A stretch of 63,900 nt of DNA, counting the filler, from Octopus bimaculoides (lineage: Eukaryota), in assembly GCF_001194135.2 (NCBI RefSeq). It is 7 parts of 6 records of this genome, joined end to end, with 100 filler letters (N's around TTAATTAATTAA, not from the genome) between each part and the next. Parts side by side here need not be neighbours in the genome. Positions count along the whole stretch, not along the records: positions 50,730 to 59,705 come from NC_068986.1; positions 59,806 to 62,670 come from NC_068989.1; positions 62,771 to 63,900 come from NC_068998.1; 4 more parts are not named here. One strand, 5' to 3'. The notes under the pieces were generated by a model. That model did no database searches. It had not been told where the DNA came from and saw only the letters and a list, made by a program, of their open reading frames with translations. Each line of letters opens with the position of its first letter. The stretch's first letter is position 1. Shown here one piece after another: positions 52,460 through 63,900 of the stretch. A program made the position numbers and the translations under genes.

Positions 52460-53395
52460 TTACACAGTTGTCACAAATTCAAGATTAGCAAAAATATTTC
52501 AGCAGTACATTTCTTCATTTTCTACTCTTTCTCTTTCTCTCAAATTATAAACTGAGATTCCTGAAATACGAATGTGTTGATTAGTATGAAACTTATCAAC
52601 ATCTCTCTCTCTCTCTCTTTTTTTTTTTTTTTTTTTCTAGTTATCAAATAATTTCAGTTGTTAGTTTTGTTGTTGTTGTTGTTGTTGTTGTAGTTTGTCT
52701 TCCTCCATCTGTCTCTTCTCGCCACCATACACACTCATCCACATGTGCGCATACACACACACACACACACACACTGAAATTCTGTAATTTAACCCTGACG
52801 CATTTAGTAAATCAATTTAGTTTTCATTAGTATCACCTTCATTCTTACTGGCAGTGGGGGGAGAAAAAAAAAAATCTGCTTGATTGTTAATGAGAGAGGG
52901 GGTGTTTTCCAATGAGAAATATGCAGGGAGTAGGGAGAGGAGAGGGGAATTTAAAAAAACAAAAAAAAACAAAGCCATCTTAGGGCTCAGCAAATCGTTC
53001 TAATCAGATAGGTTATTCTTTACTGGACAATAAATAAAGCCGCCCACGGAGGACACTGTCCAGTCAATGTCCACCACACTCAATTTAAACCCCATGTAAG
53101 AAAAGACAAGCTTTCATTTTCAGCTGATTCATTCTTGTAGACATCTTCCATGACAGCTCCTTTCTAACAAGACCTCCTTCTTCTTCTTCTTCTTCTTCTT
53201 CTTCTTCACTACACTCCTCTGTTGTCGTTATTGGTATTTAAATGAAAAAGTACAACAGTGGATGGATCAGGTATTGGACTTCTTTTGCTGTTCTGCACTT
53301 TGAGCTGGAAATTCATCACATTACAGCTGAAGGTGTTGTGTTGTAATTGTTAGGCAAGACTCTTAATAAATCTGCTTGCCTTAGAGGTTCATGAT

Positions 53396-53431
<36 letters not shown>

Positions 53432-54971
53432 ATACTGCTACAACAAAATAGCTAAAGAACTTCCGAAGCTTTTTTTTTTCTTCTTAAATAATCTATGAAA
53501 AAAATAAAGAAAAGGAGACCAAAATCTTGCAAAAAAAGAAAAACACTTCCCCAAGATGCTTTGTTTAATGTCGCTGTAAACAAGCATCTTTTTTTTTTTT
53601 TTTTTTNNNNNNNNNNTTATTTTTATTTATTTGCTGGAATGGTAGAAGAGTTGTGGAGAATTATTTCAGTAAGAAGAAGGCACCAACTAAAAATCTCCCT
53701 CCACATTGTCTTTGAAGCTTCAACACAAAGCAATAACTGTTATGTTGTCAATATTCTCTTATCTCTTATCTCTTAGCTTTTTTTTTTTTTTCAAATTCCC
53801 CCTCCTTTTTTTTTTTTTTTCTGATCTGTTGTATTTTTCTCAACTTCTACCTCTTCATCTTCGAGCTGACGAAGCTGAGGATTAATACAAAGAATGAATT
53901 TTTGTCTCACCTTCAAATGTGCTTTTTTTTTTTTTTTGTCTGCCAGCTCTTTCTTATCCTTCTCTTTTTTTTTTAGCTTATATTTGTTCTACCACATTTT
54001 CTGCTTTATATCTACGTGTGGTGTGAAAACTATTGTCTATCTCCTCCTTTCACCTTCTTCCATATCAAATGAAATCTATCCTTTGAAGAATTTTAGGCCA
54101 CTAATTAATTTAAGAGACTAAATAACTTCTATTTCAGATAAGTATAGGTATTCAAGACCCAAGATATTACTAAGATATGCTATAATATTTGTGATGAGGT
54201 ATTAAACATGTCCTATATTTCAGAAATAATTTTAACTTGCCTTATAATAAAAAATGACGATGATGATGATGAAAATAATTGACAATAATAAATATAAAAT
54301 TTCATCTTAGCAAATTCTTACTCCACTGTTCTAAAATCAATCTTATATTCAAATAATACTACCAATGATAATAATAGTTCTAACTAAATAATAATAACTC
54401 TTATTATTAATAATAAAAGAATTATTAATAATAATGATTCTAACTAAATGAATAATGTAAATTACAGCAATGAAAGTACCAATATGTCTAATCTGAATGA
54501 TGTAATATTTAGCAACTTTGACCGTTTCCTGTTTTTCCCCTTGTTTCATAGCAACACTTTTCATATAAAATATTCATTCATCAACTCACTCTGATTCCAT
54601 GAAATTTTTAATCAAATCTCTGATCATTTCAATAAGTTTTAAACTTTTTTTTTTTTTTTTTTTTTTTTTTCTTTTAACGCACTAATCATTTTAAAGAGCT
54701 AATTATTTATTTAAATTCTTGTTTCAGTATTCCGATAAATGATTAGTGAATGAGAAAAATAAAAAAAAAAAACAAAAGAAAAATTATTTCTTCAAAATGA
54801 AAAAAATAAATTAATAAACAAATAAATAAACATAATTATCTCCTATAATGTCTCATTGTAGTTCTGTCTCTTTCCAAGTTCATCTGATCTCAACCAGAGG
54901 AATGTGACTCAAACTGGACACAACTGGCCAATTATTATTATTGTTATTATTATTATTATTATTGTTATTAA

Positions 54972-55184
54972 GGCGGTGAGCTGGCAGAATCGTTAGCACA
55001 CCGGGTAAAATGCTTAGTGGCATTTCATCTGTCTGCATGATCTGGGTTCAAATTCTGCTGAGGTCAGCTTTGCCTTTCATCCTTTCGAGGGTCGATAAAT
55101 TAAGTACCAGTTATGCACTGGAGTCAACGACACCGACTAGCACCCTCCCCACAAATTCCTGGCCTTGTGCCAAAATTTGAAACC
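54972..55184 (+). mobile_element. tRNA-derived SINE
   Basis: ggcggtgagctggcagaatcgttagc A box, gggttcaaattc B box, flanked by (ATT)n. Confidence 0.85.
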
Positions 55185-55795
55185 ATTATTATTATTTGAT
55201 GATGATGATGATGATGATAATAATAATAATAATAATAAAATCCTAGCTATAGAGTGAACTCACAACAATAATTTTTTACGTGTCCTTCTTAGCAGATTTC
55301 TAACTCTACTGCTGTTCAACAATGAGTATTTTGGCTTCGCTTAAAATTATTGCAAAATAGCTGCATCACTCCACAATGCATTTTCCTAATTGTACACTTG
55401 TTGACCATTTTAGCCACATTCACACATTACATGTGTATGTATGTATAAAAGTTAATGAAAATCTAAATCCATCCAAGTCCTTGGACAGTTAGCAATTAGA
55501 AAATGTGATTTTATAGCTCATTTTCAATTCTGGAGGGTGACATGGAATTATTTAACCAGTTCTTATGATTTGCAACATGAATTAGGAAATGAAATGGATT
55601 TTCCTGATTACTAAACATTTCCTCGTTAACTCATGAGAGATTTAATCTTAGTTAAATAATGATATTACCCTGTAGAATTTAACTGTTGTGTAAGAAGTAA
55701 GAGTTATTGAATATATTATACTGAAGTGCAATTGCTGTGTGGTAACTGATTACATGCCCCCCTCGTGTTATTAATATAGCCATTGTATCGTCTCC

Positions 55796-55826
<31 letters not shown>

Positions 55827-56931
55827 AAATTAATCTGCATAACTCTATTTGCCTTATTTCAGCTGGTCGATTATAAAATGATATCATCAATATTTCTTTA
55901 GTTGCTTGGAAGTGGGGGTGAGATAGAAATAGAAGATATACATCGAAGAATGAAAGCAGTTTTTGGATTAATATTTAAATTCCCACATGTATAAAAGTTG
56001 AAAGACTTATTCCAGTTATAACACAATCCTATTATAACTGTTTTCACACCATCCTGTAGAAGATTGTGTTATAATAGCTGGCACATTGCTGATTTTTTTA
56101 GTACTCATAGTAACAGACCTGTACCAGATTACTTTTTCAATAGACTAACTGAGGTCATGTAATAATTCAGGGAAATTCCTTGGAGTCTACTGCCATATTA
56201 TTAACAAATCTTCATGACACACCCTTGTTAATTCATTAGGAATTTTATAAAAGTAGAAACACTCTCCCGAGTTTGGCAGGTCCATGGGAAATTCAAGTGT
56301 TTGCTCATAGATACATCAAGATTAAAAGAGGTTCTGGACCATCAATTGCTAGGAAATCGGTGCATTACAAAAAATTCTTATTAAGTCTCAGCTTCTGTTT
56401 GTGTGTAGATTCCTGAAGATTAGGACCCACTCAAGAAACACACCATGACTACATATGATTAGTTTTGAACCCATCTCAACTGAAGAAAAAAAATCTTGCT
56501 GCAATTTTAGAAGNNNNNNNNNNNNNNNNNNNNNNNNNNNNNNNNNNNNNNNNNNNNNNNNNNNNNNNNNNNNNNNNNNNNNNNNNNNNNNNNNNNNNNN
56601 NNNNNNNNNNNNNNNNNNNNNNNNNNNNNNNNNNNNNNNNNNNNNNNNNNNNNNNNNNNNNNNNNNNNNNNNNNNNNNNNNNNNNNNNNNNNNNNNNNNN
56701 NNNNNNNNNNNNNNNNNNNNNNNNNNNNNNNNNNNNNNNNNNNNNNNNNNNNNNNNNNNNNNNNNNNNNNNNNNNNNNNNNNNGGAAATGTTCTCTATGT
56801 GGCCTGTGTGTTTCCTGTACTTTGTTTATCATTTTGTCTACGTTTTGTTTGCAATGTCCTGTACCCAGATATGCATCTATATATACAGGTAGATGTAAAT
56901 ATGTACATATATGTACGTATATATGCATATA

Positions 56932-56967
<36 letters not shown>

Positions 56968-57499
56968 TCTCATTGCTCGTCTCTTCATAGGAATAAATTA
57001 GGAGTTATTCTATCTTCATGAATTTATATTTGTTTAATTTGTTGAGACCACTTAGCTGGCCAATATGATAAAAGCTACCCAGTGGGTATTATAAATGCTA
57101 GTCCAGTCGCATTGTTCACAGCCAAGACTATTCTTACTTGTTCAGTCTACCTAATAAACAATGCACCATGAATTAATTATAGCTTCTCTTCGCAAACACT
57201 GTAATTAAGTAATGTTTCATGGGCTTAAAGTGCTAAGTCAAAACCCCCCATGTTGTATTACTTAGCTAAGATAATCCTGGAAATATTTTCAGTGACATGG
57301 GTATCATAAATTTTCTGATTTGGTAATAATCCTAGCAGTTCAGGGTATTTATAAAATATGGTCTCATTTAATATTGCTAATTTACATTGATAATACAACC
57401 TGTTTTTGGATAAGGGAATTTAAAAGTAGTGATGATAATATTTTATTATTGTAAAATCATAAAAGTATTGAACAAAATGACTTTGAGCATTTGTTCAGC

Positions 57500-58440
57500 T
57501 CTTTAGATCTTGAGTTGAGATTCTATCAAGGTCAGCTTTAGCTTTCATCTTCCCAGGGTTGATAAGATAAGGTACCGGTGAAGTACTGGGGTTGATAGAA
57601 TCAACTAACTTCTCCCTTTCAAAATTGCTGGGCTTGCGCCTAAATTATTATTATTATTATTAATATTATTGAGAATGGTAAGTTGTCAAGCTTACAGAAT
57701 CATTAGTTTGCTAGACAAATTGCTTAGCAGTATTTCTTCTGACTTTAAATTCTGAGTTACAATTCCGTCAAGGTCAACTTTGCTTTTCGTCCTTTTGGAG
57801 CTGATGGAATAAGTACAAGTTGAGCAATGGGGGTTCATGTAAGCAATTAGAGCCCTCTCCACAAATTTCAGGTCTTATATCTATGGTAGAAAGGATTATC
57901 ACTGACGCTGGTGTATTGGCTGAATGGTTAAAGAATGGTTTTCTTACTACCACAAATATTTGGTCCTGTGCTTTATGTTAGGCATTATTATTATTATTAT
58001 TATTATTATCATTAAGGCAGCAAGCTGACAGAATTGTTAGCGTGTTGGGCAAATTGCTTAGTAACATTTTGTCCATCTTTATGTTCTGAGTTCAAATTCC
58101 GCCAAGGTCAAATTCGCCTTTTATCCTTTCGGGGGTCAATAAAAAGAGTACTAACTGAGCACTAGGGTCAATGTAATCAACTTACTCCCTCACCCAAACT
58201 TGCTGGCCTTATGCCTAAATTTGAAATCATTATTGTTGTTAAGGCGGCACACTGGGCAAAATGCTTGGTGGCATTTCATCCATGTTTACATTCTGAGGTT
58301 GACTTTGCCTTTCATCCTGTCAGGATCGATAAAAAAGAGTGCCACTTGAGTACTTGGGTTGATGTAATTGACTTACCNNNNNNNNNNNNNNNNNNCCACT
58401 CCCCGAAATTGCTGGCTTTGTGCCACACTTTGAAACCATT
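57500..58440 (+). mobile_element. Cluster of four same-orientation copies of the 54972-type SINE separated by (ATT)n
   Basis: Repeated ttgcctttcatcc..gataa..aagtac..gttga..tgctggcctt motifs near 57500, 57665, 58014 and 58243. Confidence 0.8.
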
Positions 58441-59705
58441 TATTATTGCTGTAATAATAGATCCTACTGTATTATAACGGAAAAGTTCTCAGCAATGTCA
58501 TCTCCAGTTTGGAGTCTGAGTTAAAAGCATTCTTCTTTGGAATGAAATAAATGACATACACTCTCTTTTTACTTCCTTTGCAAATATTTAACATGTCCTT
58601 ATCGTCATGGTTATTGTTATTGTTAAAAAACTTTAAAAGCAAAATATCCTATAGACAAGTTTGTTTTAAAAAGTCAAAAGTAGGAGTAGGTAGTGATAAT
58701 GGGTAAAATGTTTAGGAGAGTTATATTTAGCCATCTTTCTGCCATTTGAGGTATTTTGATTTAAATTTGGTTAGAATAAGGGTAAAATAGCTGCTTCTAT
58801 GACCCCTATCAAAGACAACCAGTTATTTCTTTTTTGTCCACATGCCTCCTTATTTGATATTTTTCATGGAGTTTGTTTCAAAACCCACTGGTAATTTTCA
58901 TTATCTAATTATTAACTAGATCCAGTTATAGATATTTTAGTTTTTGCTTAGTCTGTTCCGGAGTGGACAGTGGAACAAGTCGAATAGAAGTGTCATTTCG
59001 AATCCTATTATCGTTGTCTTTGGATAAGCAACTGATCTCTTTATGCCTTACATCACCGTGAAACTGTAGAAGCAGCAAGTAGACTGGAACCTCACTGGTA
59101 ATGAACAAGTAGTTAGAAGGTTTACATCTTTCTCTCTTCTCAAATTTAAATTGAATAATATCAGATGTAATTATTAGTTACAAGTTATTATATAATCAAT
59201 AGAATTGGTTTTTAGCATTGGAGAACTTGATTTGATGAGACTGCTTCAATATGGATTGAAAATTCTAAAATTTATTTTTTGAAAAATCTAATAATATTAA
59301 TAATAGTAATAATATTCTTTTTTTTCTTTTAGTTGTACCAAGTCCTCTTTTGTCTTGTAGTTATTTCGAATTGTTCTGTTGTTTAATACCAAATTTCTTT
59401 TCTGTCTTGTTTTCAATGTTGAATCAAAGCGAAATCACTTTTCTTTTGGTCTTTATTGTTCCCTCTCAGGGAAGAAGAAAAAAAAAATTTAATTAAATTA
59501 AAAATCAGAAAGGGAAAGAAAAACTTAACTTGGGTCAAGTTCTTGGATTTTTGCTTTTTCTTTCTTGATTACAATTTCCATCCAAATATTGTATTAAAAT
59601 CATGCTTGCATTATTATATCTTTTTGTCTCCCTAATATCTAATAAATGTCAAATTTATATATATATATACATATATATATATATGCGCGTGTTCACATGC
59701 ACTTG

Positions 59706-59805
59706 NNNNNNNNNNNNNNNNNNNNNNNNNNNNNNNNNNNNNNNNNNNNTTAATTAATTAANNNNNNNNNNNNNNNNNNNNNNNNNNNNNNNNNNNNNNN
59801 NNNNN
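59706..59805. other. Assembly join
   Basis: 44 N + TTAATTAATTAA (59750-59761) + 44 N. Confidence 0.97.
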
Positions 59806-59865
59806 CATGGTTCTGGAAAACACAGAATGGTAGTGTCGGTTATCATTAAAATGTTTCGTGGCATT

Positions 59866-59903
<38 letters not shown>

Positions 59904-59904
<1 letters not shown>

Positions 59905-60129
59905 CAAGGGGTGCCGAAAAGTTCCTGGCTTTAAGAGTATTACAAAAGGCCTGGTTGGTGGCCCAACCTTCCGAGTTCTTTTACAGGTCTTATAAAAACT
60001 GAAGGGCCGCTGCAATAAGTGTGTGAATCTGAGTGCGAAATATGTTGAATAGCTTAAATCATAATTAACTGACCACCCCCACCTATATTTTCTTTTACCC
60101 AAAGCCAGGAACTTTTCAGCACCCCCTCG
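59904..60129. mobile_element. Mariner-derived MITE, 226 bp, TA TSD
   Basis: TA|CCAAGGGGTGCCGAAAAGTTCCTGGCTTT ... AAAGCCAGGAACTTTTCAGCACCCCCTCG|TA; a second right-end copy lies at about 60255-60340. Confidence 0.9.
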
Positions 60130-60430
60130 TATACACACACACACACACACACACACGCATATATGTATATATATGAGGCTAGGAGCACCATTGACCAAAT
60201 GAGTGCTAAATGTGCGTTACGGGTGATTGGATATATTTATACGTAATCGATTCTATTGTTATATAAAACAAAATCATAATTAACTGATCCTCCTGTATTT
60301 TCTTTTATCAAAAGCCAGGAACTTTTCAGCACCCCCTCGTATGTCTGTCTGTCTGTCTGATCATCATCGTCATCATTATCATCATGATGGTGATGATGTT
60401 TATGGTAATGAATAGTGAAACAGGTCTTAC

Positions 60431-60580
60431 GTTTTTGGCAGTTTGGTCCCTCGTAGCCAAAGATACATCTTTTGCCCCCACAATGACCATTGTCGGTGAC
60501 ATTGCAATATTTCAAGTGTTTGCAATGGCATTGGTGTTTTTTGCCTTTTCCAAAACGATCGATTCCTTTCTTGCATTTCT
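60431..60580 (-). CDS. Exon of a Cys-rich EGF/laminin-EGF-like (MEGF10/CED-1-like) protein: KCKKGIDRFGKGKKHQCHCKHLKYCNVTDNGHCGGKRCIFGYEGPNCQK
   Basis: tttttggcAG acceptor, GTAAGA donor, 150-nt phase 1-1 open exon; CHC..C..G.C..C..GY.G..CQ pattern. Confidence 0.8.
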
Positions 60581-60659
60581 CTGCCAAAAACAACACAAAA
60601 GGAAATAGAAAGAATTAGATTTGAAACATTCAGAAATTTGTTTTGAATGCATAAAGGTT

Positions 60660-61310
60660 CCGAGATTGCATTGCACGCACAAACATACACACATGCACAC
60701 ATATACACTCATGTGCACATAAACACACATACATACACACAAAAACACACAACACTCACACAAAACATACGCACACATGCACACGCACACTCATGTGTAC
60801 ACACTTATGCACATGCACACATGCATATACAGGCACATAATACACACACATACACACATGCATACACACACATGCACACACACAAGCACACACTTACACA
60901 CACATACACTCACGTGCACATACACACACAGACACGTACACATGCAAATACACGCAAACACACACATGCAAATACACGCAAACACACACATGCACATGCA
61001 CACACATGTGTACACACTTATATACATGCACACATGCATATACAGGCACATACATACACATACACATACACACACATGCATGCACACACATGCATGCACA
61101 CACATGCATGCACACCCATGCATGCACACACATACATACAGACACACATACACACACACATGCACACACTCACACACATACACTCACGTGCACATACACA
61201 CACATACATACACACAAATACACAAACACACATACACACGCATACACATGTGTACCCATTTATACACATGCACACGTGTACATACAAAAACATACATACA
61301 CAAGTCTCTA
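60660..61310. repeat. Long imperfect (CA/CATA/CATG)n tract with an internal block duplication
   Basis: catgtgtacacacttat..cacatgcatatacaggcacat recurs near 60790 and 61005. Confidence 0.9.
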
Positions 61311-61580
61311 TTAAATATAAGTCTGCTCCCATGAGAAGCAATGTGTAGCAGGCAGAGACGGATGAATGTCTTGGATCAACACTGTCATCACCTTTGATGG
61401 GTTGTTATAAGCAAGTAAGATTACTGAATAAATCTACAGTTGAAATAATATATTTCTAAATCTCTCAGAGAGATTTATGCAGTAGTAGCACGATAAAAAA
61501 TATATTATTTCTATTTTCAAAAATCAGTGAATGTATTTCACTTGAAATATATAGCATCAACAGCTAACAAACCATGCTAC

Positions 61581-61623
61581 TCCAGACTGATGATGAGCAA
61601 TGACTCTGAAACTAGTCTCTGGA
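61581..61623 (+). ncRNA. Candidate minimal type-I hammerhead motif
   Basis: TCCAGA-CTGATGA-T-GAG caatga CTC-T-GAAAC TA GTC-TCTGGA. Confidence 0.5.
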
Positions 61624-61822
61624 TGCTGGCTTTGCTGAGTGAAGGTGCTTCTCTCCACTTTGAAAACATAAGGGCACTGGAAATGTGTCAAGTCCAACAG
61701 GAAACGATGTTTCCTAGGGCTAAATAACAGTAGTATTCTTCCTTTTTGTGGGACTGTCACATTAAGTTGACAACATACTATCATTTTAAATCTAGTTTTT
61801 TAAAAATATAATAAAAACTTAC

Positions 61823-61900
61823 CTGGAATTACAGAGCACGCAGTTTTACAGTGTTGTACGTCTACTGCTACACAATCCCCATTTTTGTGAACACATTTTT
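61823..61900 (-). CDS. Upstream exon of the same Cys-rich gene: KCVHKNGDCVAVDVQHCKTACSVIP
   Basis: attttcAG acceptor, CAG|GTAAGT donor, 78-nt phase 1-1 open exon with 4 Cys; joins in frame (GAG) to 60431-60580. Confidence 0.7.
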
Positions 61901-62139
61901 CTGAAAATGGTTTCAGCAGAATAATCATAGAGAAGAATAGAGGAGGAACAAATTGTTTTCTTTATGATTTATTTTTTTCTTTTTTAATTTTTACAAATTT
62001 TCTACAAAGCAGCAAATATTTAACTTTCAAATGTCTGACTTTTATGGAAGATTCCTTTAGCATGCTAATGATGAACTGCATTTTTTGTTTGAAAATTTCC
62101 CAAAATTAATCTAAAACTCAAGATTTTTTGATGGGGTAC

Positions 62140-62400
62140 TGCCATCTGACTGACTCCCATGCCGGTGGCATGTAAAAAGCACCATTCAAGCATGGTCGAT
62201 GCCAGTACCGCCTGACTGGCTCTTGTGCCAGTGGCATGTAAAAAGCACCCACTACATTCTTGGAGTGGTTGGCATTAGGAAGAGCATCCAGCTGTAGAAA
62301 TTTTTGCCAGTTCGGATTGGAGCCTGGTGCAGCCTTCTGGCTTGCCAGTCCTCAATCAAAACGTCCAACGACATTAAATGACGATGATGATGATGATGAA
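62140..62400 (+). mobile_element. RTE 3'UTR fragment with (GAT)n tail
   Basis: Matches the reverse complement of 8221-8480. Confidence 0.85.
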
Positions 62401-62479
62401 TTAGATATGGTGTCCATCATATGCATAATTATATATTCTATGTCTCCTTTTTCCAGAAACAGGAAGAGTACCACTATGA

Positions 62480-62670
62480 ACTTGTGACTGGTGACGAAAA
62501 ATGGATTCTTCTATCGAAATGTTAAACGTCATAAACAGTAGCTTGGTAAAAGGGAAAAAGCTCAACCACAACCGAGAAGGGAACTTCATGGGAAAAAGGT
62601 TCTTCTCTCTATCTGGTGGGATTGCAAAGGAGTAATTCACTTTGAATTGATACCACCTAATGCAACAGTC
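62480..62670 (+). mobile_element. Mariner transposase fragment, cut by the join
   Basis: LVTGDEKWI..RNVKR..ELHGKKVLLSIWWDCKGVIHFELIPPNATV. Confidence 0.9.
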
Positions 62671-62770
62671 NNNNNNNNNNNNNNNNNNNNNNNNNNNNNN
62701 NNNNNNNNNNNNNNTTAATTAATTAANNNNNNNNNNNNNNNNNNNNNNNNNNNNNNNNNNNNNNNNNNNN
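62671..62770. other. Assembly join
   Basis: 44 N + TTAATTAATTAA (62715-62726) + 44 N. Confidence 0.97.
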
Positions 62771-62801
<31 letters not shown>

Positions 62802-63589
62802 TATATATATATCTTAGAAGTTTTTGATAGCATATGTAATTTTTTTTATTAGTTATCTTGTTCATATTTCTTGAGCTATTTTTTTCTTATTTATTTTCTC
62901 AATATTTTTTTTCTGCATTTTGAGCAATTATCTTTCTTTAATTTATCTTCTACTCAAAGATAAGCTATGTTTTATGCAATTCCTGCCTATGGCTTTCCAT
63001 TTTCCGTGTAATCTTTAAAAAATATTTTTAGCATAAGCAAACTCTTGACATTGAATAATCACATCAAATCTCATTCATATCCATCCATATACACAACCAA
63101 TTTAATATCATGGGGTACTCCATAGCTTTATTTTTTTAAAGAAATTTTATATTTTTATATGCATCTAGCTTATACTAAGTGAAAGTTTATGGCCTGATGG
63201 TTAGGGTGTTGCGTTCGCGATTGCTAGATGGTGGGTTGTGTTCTTGAGCTAAACACATTATTTCACACAGGTTTAGTGCTGTGTGCGGGAACCAGCATGT
63301 CGAAGAATAGACCCAATGCTTCCTCTGCATTGTAAATAGCGACTAAAAGAGATTGAGGTAGGGTTTGCATTGTGAACTCGTAAAACCCCCACCAGCAATG
63401 ACAGCATAAACAGACCCATAGGCTAGAAGGCTGTTGCCTGAGTGATGCAAAGGTGTCATTGACCACAAGTTGGGAATCACCAACAAATGGTGGAATCACA
63501 GTGATGCATTGTTACCATCCACCACCAGCACCACTGGCACCAGCACCAGCACCGCCACCACCGCCACCGCCGCCGCCAGTACCCCATGA

Positions 63590-63882
63590 TTTGCCTTTGG
63601 GCCAGTATCCCATGTCTTGTCCCTGTGCCAGTGGCATGTAAAAAGCTTTATCTGAAAGTGATCGATGTCAGGCCCACCTGACTGGCTCCTGTGCTGGTGG
63701 CATGTAAAAAGCAGCCATTACACTCTCAGAGTGGTTGGCATTAGGAAGGGCATCCAGCTGTAGAAACCTTGCCAGATCAGATTGGAGCCTGGTGCAGCTG
63801 CTGGCTCTCCAGACCTCAGTCAAATCGTCCAACCCATGCCAGCATGGAAAACGGATGTTAAACGGTGATGATGATGATGATA
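63590..63882 (+). mobile_element. RTE 3'UTR fragment with (GAT)n tail
   Basis: gtgccagtggcatgtaaaaagc units, ggaagggcatccagctgtagaaac, and gcatggaaaacggatgttaaacg-(gat)n. Confidence 0.85.
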
Positions 63883-63900
63883 TATATATATATATATATA

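Noticed and set aside
55666-55690. TACCCTGTAGAA, matching the first 12 nt of miR-10-family miRNAs
   Set aside because: The match stops at 12 nt and no complementary 3' arm forms a pre-miRNA hairpin.

Overview
Eukaryotic, AT-rich, repeat-dense DNA. The RTE 3' tails, tRNA-derived SINEs and microsatellite spectrum suggest an octopus or other coleoid cephalopod (inference, not verified). The window is not one locus. Six 100-nt assembly joins (44 N + TTAATTAATTAA + 44 N) split it into seven pieces: 1-26131, 26232-34912, 35013-43002, 43103-50629, 50730-59705, 59806-62670 and 62771-63900. Piece 1 carries five consecutive coding exons of RUVBL2/reptin on the + strand, including Walker A. Exon 1 and the exons after 25881 were not found. 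Its introns hold RTE LINEs, a Buster-type hAT, Tigger and Sola-like remnants and an LTR-like duplication. Piece 6 carries two minus-strand exons of a Cys-rich EGF/laminin-EGF-like protein. The rest is SINEs, mariner, R4/Dong-like and piggyBac-type relics, MITEs, a tRNA-Cys pseudogene and simple repeats. The most notable signal is four sequence-unrelated minimal type-I hammerhead-ribozyme motifs of the Penelope/retrozyme type, at 36723, 38035, 50266 and 61581. One has a U3:A8 covariant core. All were folded by eye and none is tested. No CRISPR array, rRNA or intact transposase/RT ORF was seen.
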